Shown: positions 34,154 through 36,777 of the stretch, in pieces
Layout of the letters: each line of letters starts with the position of its first letter
Numbering within the stretch: position 1 is the first letter of the stretch
From: a virus
Lineage: Duplodnaviria > Caudoviricetes
Strand: one strand, 5' to 3'
Length of the DNA: 36,777 nt
Virus record (IMG/VR): IMGVR_UViG_3300025635_000077
Span: 1-36,777 of that record
The notes under the pieces: generated by a model
Told to the model about the DNA's origin: nothing
The model's database searches: none
The model's input: only the letters and a program-made list of their open reading frames with translations
Position numbers and translations under genes: made by a program

Positions 34154-34812
34154 CAACTTACGCGACGATGCGCAGCAGGATCGAAGATGAGATCGCGCGC
34201 ACCGACCTGACCACGCAAGTCAATCGCGCCATCCTCTCGGCCATCAAGTTTTACGAGCGCAAGAAGTTCTATTTCAATACCTCGGTCACAAGCACCTTCA
34301 CGACGGTTGCGGATCAAGAGTATTACGGCACGGCTGATCTGGCTGCGATTCCGAACATCGTTGAAATCCTCGCCCTCAAGGGGACGTTGAGCGGGTCGAA
34401 GCTGCCCATCCGCCCGGTGGACTTCAATACGATTGACGCGGCGCAAAGCGGGTCCGTTAAGGGCTTCCCGGAATACTTCACCTACTTTGCCCAACAGATT
34501 CGCCTTTATCCCATGCCCAATGCCGCATGGACGATGACGCTGGCGATGGTCTACCGGCTGACGGCGCTTTCGGCTGATTCCGATAGCAACGTCTGGACGA
34601 CCGACGCGGAACAACTCATCCGCCAGAACGCCAAGCGGATGCTTTATCTCGACGTGATTAGGGACCGGGACGGGGCCGAGACTGCGGCCATTCTGGAAAA
34701 AGAGGCTTACGACGTTCTTCGCAACGAAACGCTGCGCCGCTTTTCCAATCAGATTCTTGGCGCGCCCCCCGAAATCGTCGGGCAGGGCGGCTATAACATT
34801 AATTTTCAGTGA
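34150..34812 (+). CDS. head-tail adaptor protein
   Basis: MTTYATM..RI.DE..R.DL, G.P.YF, IRLYP.P; expected synteny. Confidence 0.75.
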   Translation: MTTYATMRSRIEDEIARTDLTTQVNRAILSAIKFYERKKFYFNTSVTSTFTTVADQEYYGTADLAAIPNIVEILALKGTLSGSKLPIRPVDFNTIDAAQSGSVKGFPEYFTYFAQQIRLYPMPNAAWTMTLAMVYRLTALSADSDSNVWTTDAEQLIRQNAKRMLYLDVIRDRDGAETAAILEKEAYDVLRNETLRRFSNQILGAPPEIVGQGGYNINFQ

Positions 34813-36293
34813 TAAAGTTCGGTGAGTACCTTCCAGACCGAGCTTCACTAGAAAACCCCGGCGCTACCGTTGCGTCCGGCGTTATCCCAAAGACACCGGA
34901 TAGCTATGGCCCGTTTCCTGGGTTGAGCGTTTATTCCAACGCACTGACGGCACGGTGCCAGGGGGCTTTTTCTGGCCGTTCGGCGGCGGGCAACGTCACC
35001 AACTTTGCCGGCGATGCGTCGAAACTCTACACGCTTTCGGGTGCGACGTTTTCCTCGGTCAATACCGGGTTTAGCCTGGCTGCGGACGAGGCTTGGCGGT
35101 TCTGCCAATTCGGTGAACTTGTCCTAGCAACCGACCTCGCGGACGAAATCAAGAAGTGGACGCTGGATAGTTCGTCGGCGTTCGCGCAGCTTTCGGCCAC
35201 GGCTCCCAAGGCCCGACATATTGCGTCAATCGACCCCGGCTTTGTCATGGTCGGGAACACGGTTGATGGAACGGACGGTGCGGTCCCTAATCGGGTTTGG
35301 TGGTCGGGCATTGGTAACGCGGGAAGTTGGGAAACGCCCGGTTCGGCGGCGGCGCAGGCTGTGCAGTCGGACTATAACGACATGGCGGCTGGCGGGTGGG
35401 TGCAAGCCCTTATCGGTGCCGTGGGTGGTGCGTCGGGCGTCGTGTTCATGGACACGGCTATTTTCCGCATCCAGTACCAAGGCCCGCCCGATGTGTTCGG
35501 CTTCTATGAAGTTGAAAGGGCAAGAGGGACGCCCGCGCCTGGGTCGGTGGTCAACGTCGGCTCCGTGGCGTTCTATCTTGGCGAAGATGGCTTCTATGCC
35601 TTCAACGGCTCGACCTCGACGCCCATCGGCAATACCAAGATTGATAAGACGTTCTACGCGGACCTGGATCAGTCGTATTTCCACCGGATTACGTCCGCCG
35701 TGGACCCGATCAATAAGTTGGTGTTTTGGGCCTATCCTGGTTCTGGAAACAGCGGCGGCAACCCGAACAAGATTCTTTGCTACAACTGGGAACTTGCTAG
35801 GTGGTCGGTGGCCTCGGTCGATTGCGAGTTGATTTATCGTTCGCTGTCCCAAGGCTACACGCTCGACACGCTGGACACTTACAACTCATCCCTGGACGCC
35901 CTGCCGTTCTCGCTCGATTCCCGCGCTTGGACGGGCGGGCGTTTAATTCTCTCGGCGTTCGATACCGATCATAAGCTGAATTTCTTCAACGGCTCCAATC
36001 TGGCGGCGACCCTCGAAACCGGAGAGTTTACCGGCGAGGCGGGGCGCAGGGTGTTCATTAACGGCATTCGTCCCCTGGTGGATGGCGGGACGATTACCGC
36101 CGCTGTGGGCTATAGAGACACCCCCTCGGCCTCTGTGACCTATGCCACGGCCACCTCAGCCGGTTCGGACGGGGTATGTCCGCAGCGAATCTCGACACGC
36201 TACGCACGCGCTAGGGTGAGCATTGCGGCGGGTGGTTCGTGGTCGCACGCAATCGGGATCGAGGCCAAGGTGCGGCAAGAGGGCTTGCGATGA
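34809..36293 (+). CDS. tail hub/nozzle protein (P22 gp10-like)
   Basis: IKFGEYLPD start, beta-propeller-like pattern, FYLGEDGFY; follows the adaptor. Confidence 0.8.
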   Translation: MIKFGEYLPDRASLENPGATVASGVIPKTPDSYGPFPGLSVYSNALTARCQGAFSGRSAAGNVTNFAGDASKLYTLSGATFSSVNTGFSLAADEAWRFCQFGELVLATDLADEIKKWTLDSSSAFAQLSATAPKARHIASIDPGFVMVGNTVDGTDGAVPNRVWWSGIGNAGSWETPGSAAAQAVQSDYNDMAAGGWVQALIGAVGGASGVVFMDTAIFRIQYQGPPDVFGFYEVERARGTPAPGSVVNVGSVAFYLGEDGFYAFNGSTSTPIGNTKIDKTFYADLDQSYFHRITSAVDPINKLVFWAYPGSGNSGGNPNKILCYNWELARWSVASVDCELIYRSLSQGYTLDTLDTYNSSLDALPFSLDSRAWTGGRLILSAFDTDHKLNFFNGSNLAATLETGEFTGEAGRRVFINGIRPLVDGGTITAAVGYRDTPSASVTYATATSAGSDGVCPQRISTRYARARVSIAAGGSWSHAIGIEAKVRQEGLR

Positions 36294-36460
36294 ACCATTG
36301 CTCCGACTGCATCCACTACGAAAAAGACGCGGTGACGGTGGGCAATAGGCTCCGCTCCGCTTGCAAGCGTGAAGGTGCCAAGGAAACCGCGATGACCGAG
36401 CGGTTCAATGGCGACTGCGGGCTAGACGGAAAGCATTGGGAAGATGCCCGGCCTTCTTGA
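36290..36460 (+). CDS. small Cys-rich protein
   Basis: C..C.H...C...ER...CG.DGK.WE; ATGA coupling. Confidence 0.55.
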   Translation: MNHCSDCIHYEKDAVTVGNRLRSACKREGAKETAMTERFNGDCGLDGKHWEDARPS

Positions 36461-36777
36461 TTACCTGTACCCGAAGGGGTGGGGCGGCGGCCTTCTCGGC
36501 TACGGCAACGCGGCGGCGGATCAGGTCGGCATTGACCAAGAGCGCGCGGGGCTATTGAGCCAGGGCCTTCCTGGTCAAGCCATCATGCACAAGCCGATGG
36601 ACAACCCCGCTGGCTTTGCTATGGGCACGTCGAATGTTGGCAAGCCCATTAGAGCCTTCCACGGCTCACCGCATGACTTCGACAAGTTCGATCTATCGAA
36701 GATCGGGACGGGCGAGGGCGCGCAGGCTTACGGGCATGGGCTGTACTTTGCGGAGAATGAGGCGACCGCGCGTGCAT
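36444..36777 (+). CDS. partial ART-PolyVal-like (polyvalent-protein ADP-ribosyltransferase-type) protein
   Basis: Hand translation: MPGLLDYL...IRAFHGSPHDFDKFDLSKIGTGEGAQAYGHGLYFAENEATARA; open to the window end. Confidence 0.75.
   Translation, partial: MPGLLDYLYPKGWGGGLLGYGNAAADQVGIDQERAGLLSQGLPGQAIMHKPMDNPAGFAMGTSNVGKPIRAFHGSPHDFDKFDLSKIGTGEGAQAYGHGLYFAENEATARA

Larger units (their letters stand above)
1..36777. mobile_element. P22-like podovirus genome/prophage (near complete, permuted)
   Basis: Contains terminase, P22-type portal, scaffold, coat, tail hub, ejection proteins, lysis, immunity and replication modules. Both window ends fall inside the same structural operon. Confidence 0.93.

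Noticed and set aside
1-36777. Alternative genetic code
   Set aside because: Core genes are full length under the standard bacterial code, and TAA, TAG and TGA all serve as stops.

Overview
Near-complete, circularly permuted genome (~37 kb, GC-rich) of a P22-like temperate-type podovirus, probably infecting an alphaproteobacterium (host inferred from gene content). The order on the + strand is: ejection proteins (1-5.9 kb); tail fibre and chaperone; a membrane-protein/phosphoesterase/DUF6378/GNAT block; endolysin-holin-spanin cassette. A leftward early operon follows (truncated Xis-like gene, MazG, HNHs, SSB-like, Rad52/Sak recombinase, exonuclease, pentapeptide-repeat protein), then an immunity switch with palindromic operators. 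The rightward operon carries Cro, CII-like, HNHs, RusA, two DNA methyltransferases, a DUF1376 replication initiator and a Q-like regulator. The head/tail module closes the window (terminases, portal, scaffold, coat, Maf-like enzyme, adaptor, tail hub, and a truncated ART-PolyVal-like protein). No integrase is visible. The most notable signals are: an FtsZ-tail-like peptide ending the replication protein; an ADP-ribosyltransferase-like protein sharing a GLL motif with the ejection proteins; a Maf-like enzyme next to the coat gene; a two-frame C5 methyltransferase; an HNH insertion with a recoded duplicated target; and a pair of unannotated paralogous microproteins. All family calls are by motif recognition only; no searches were run.
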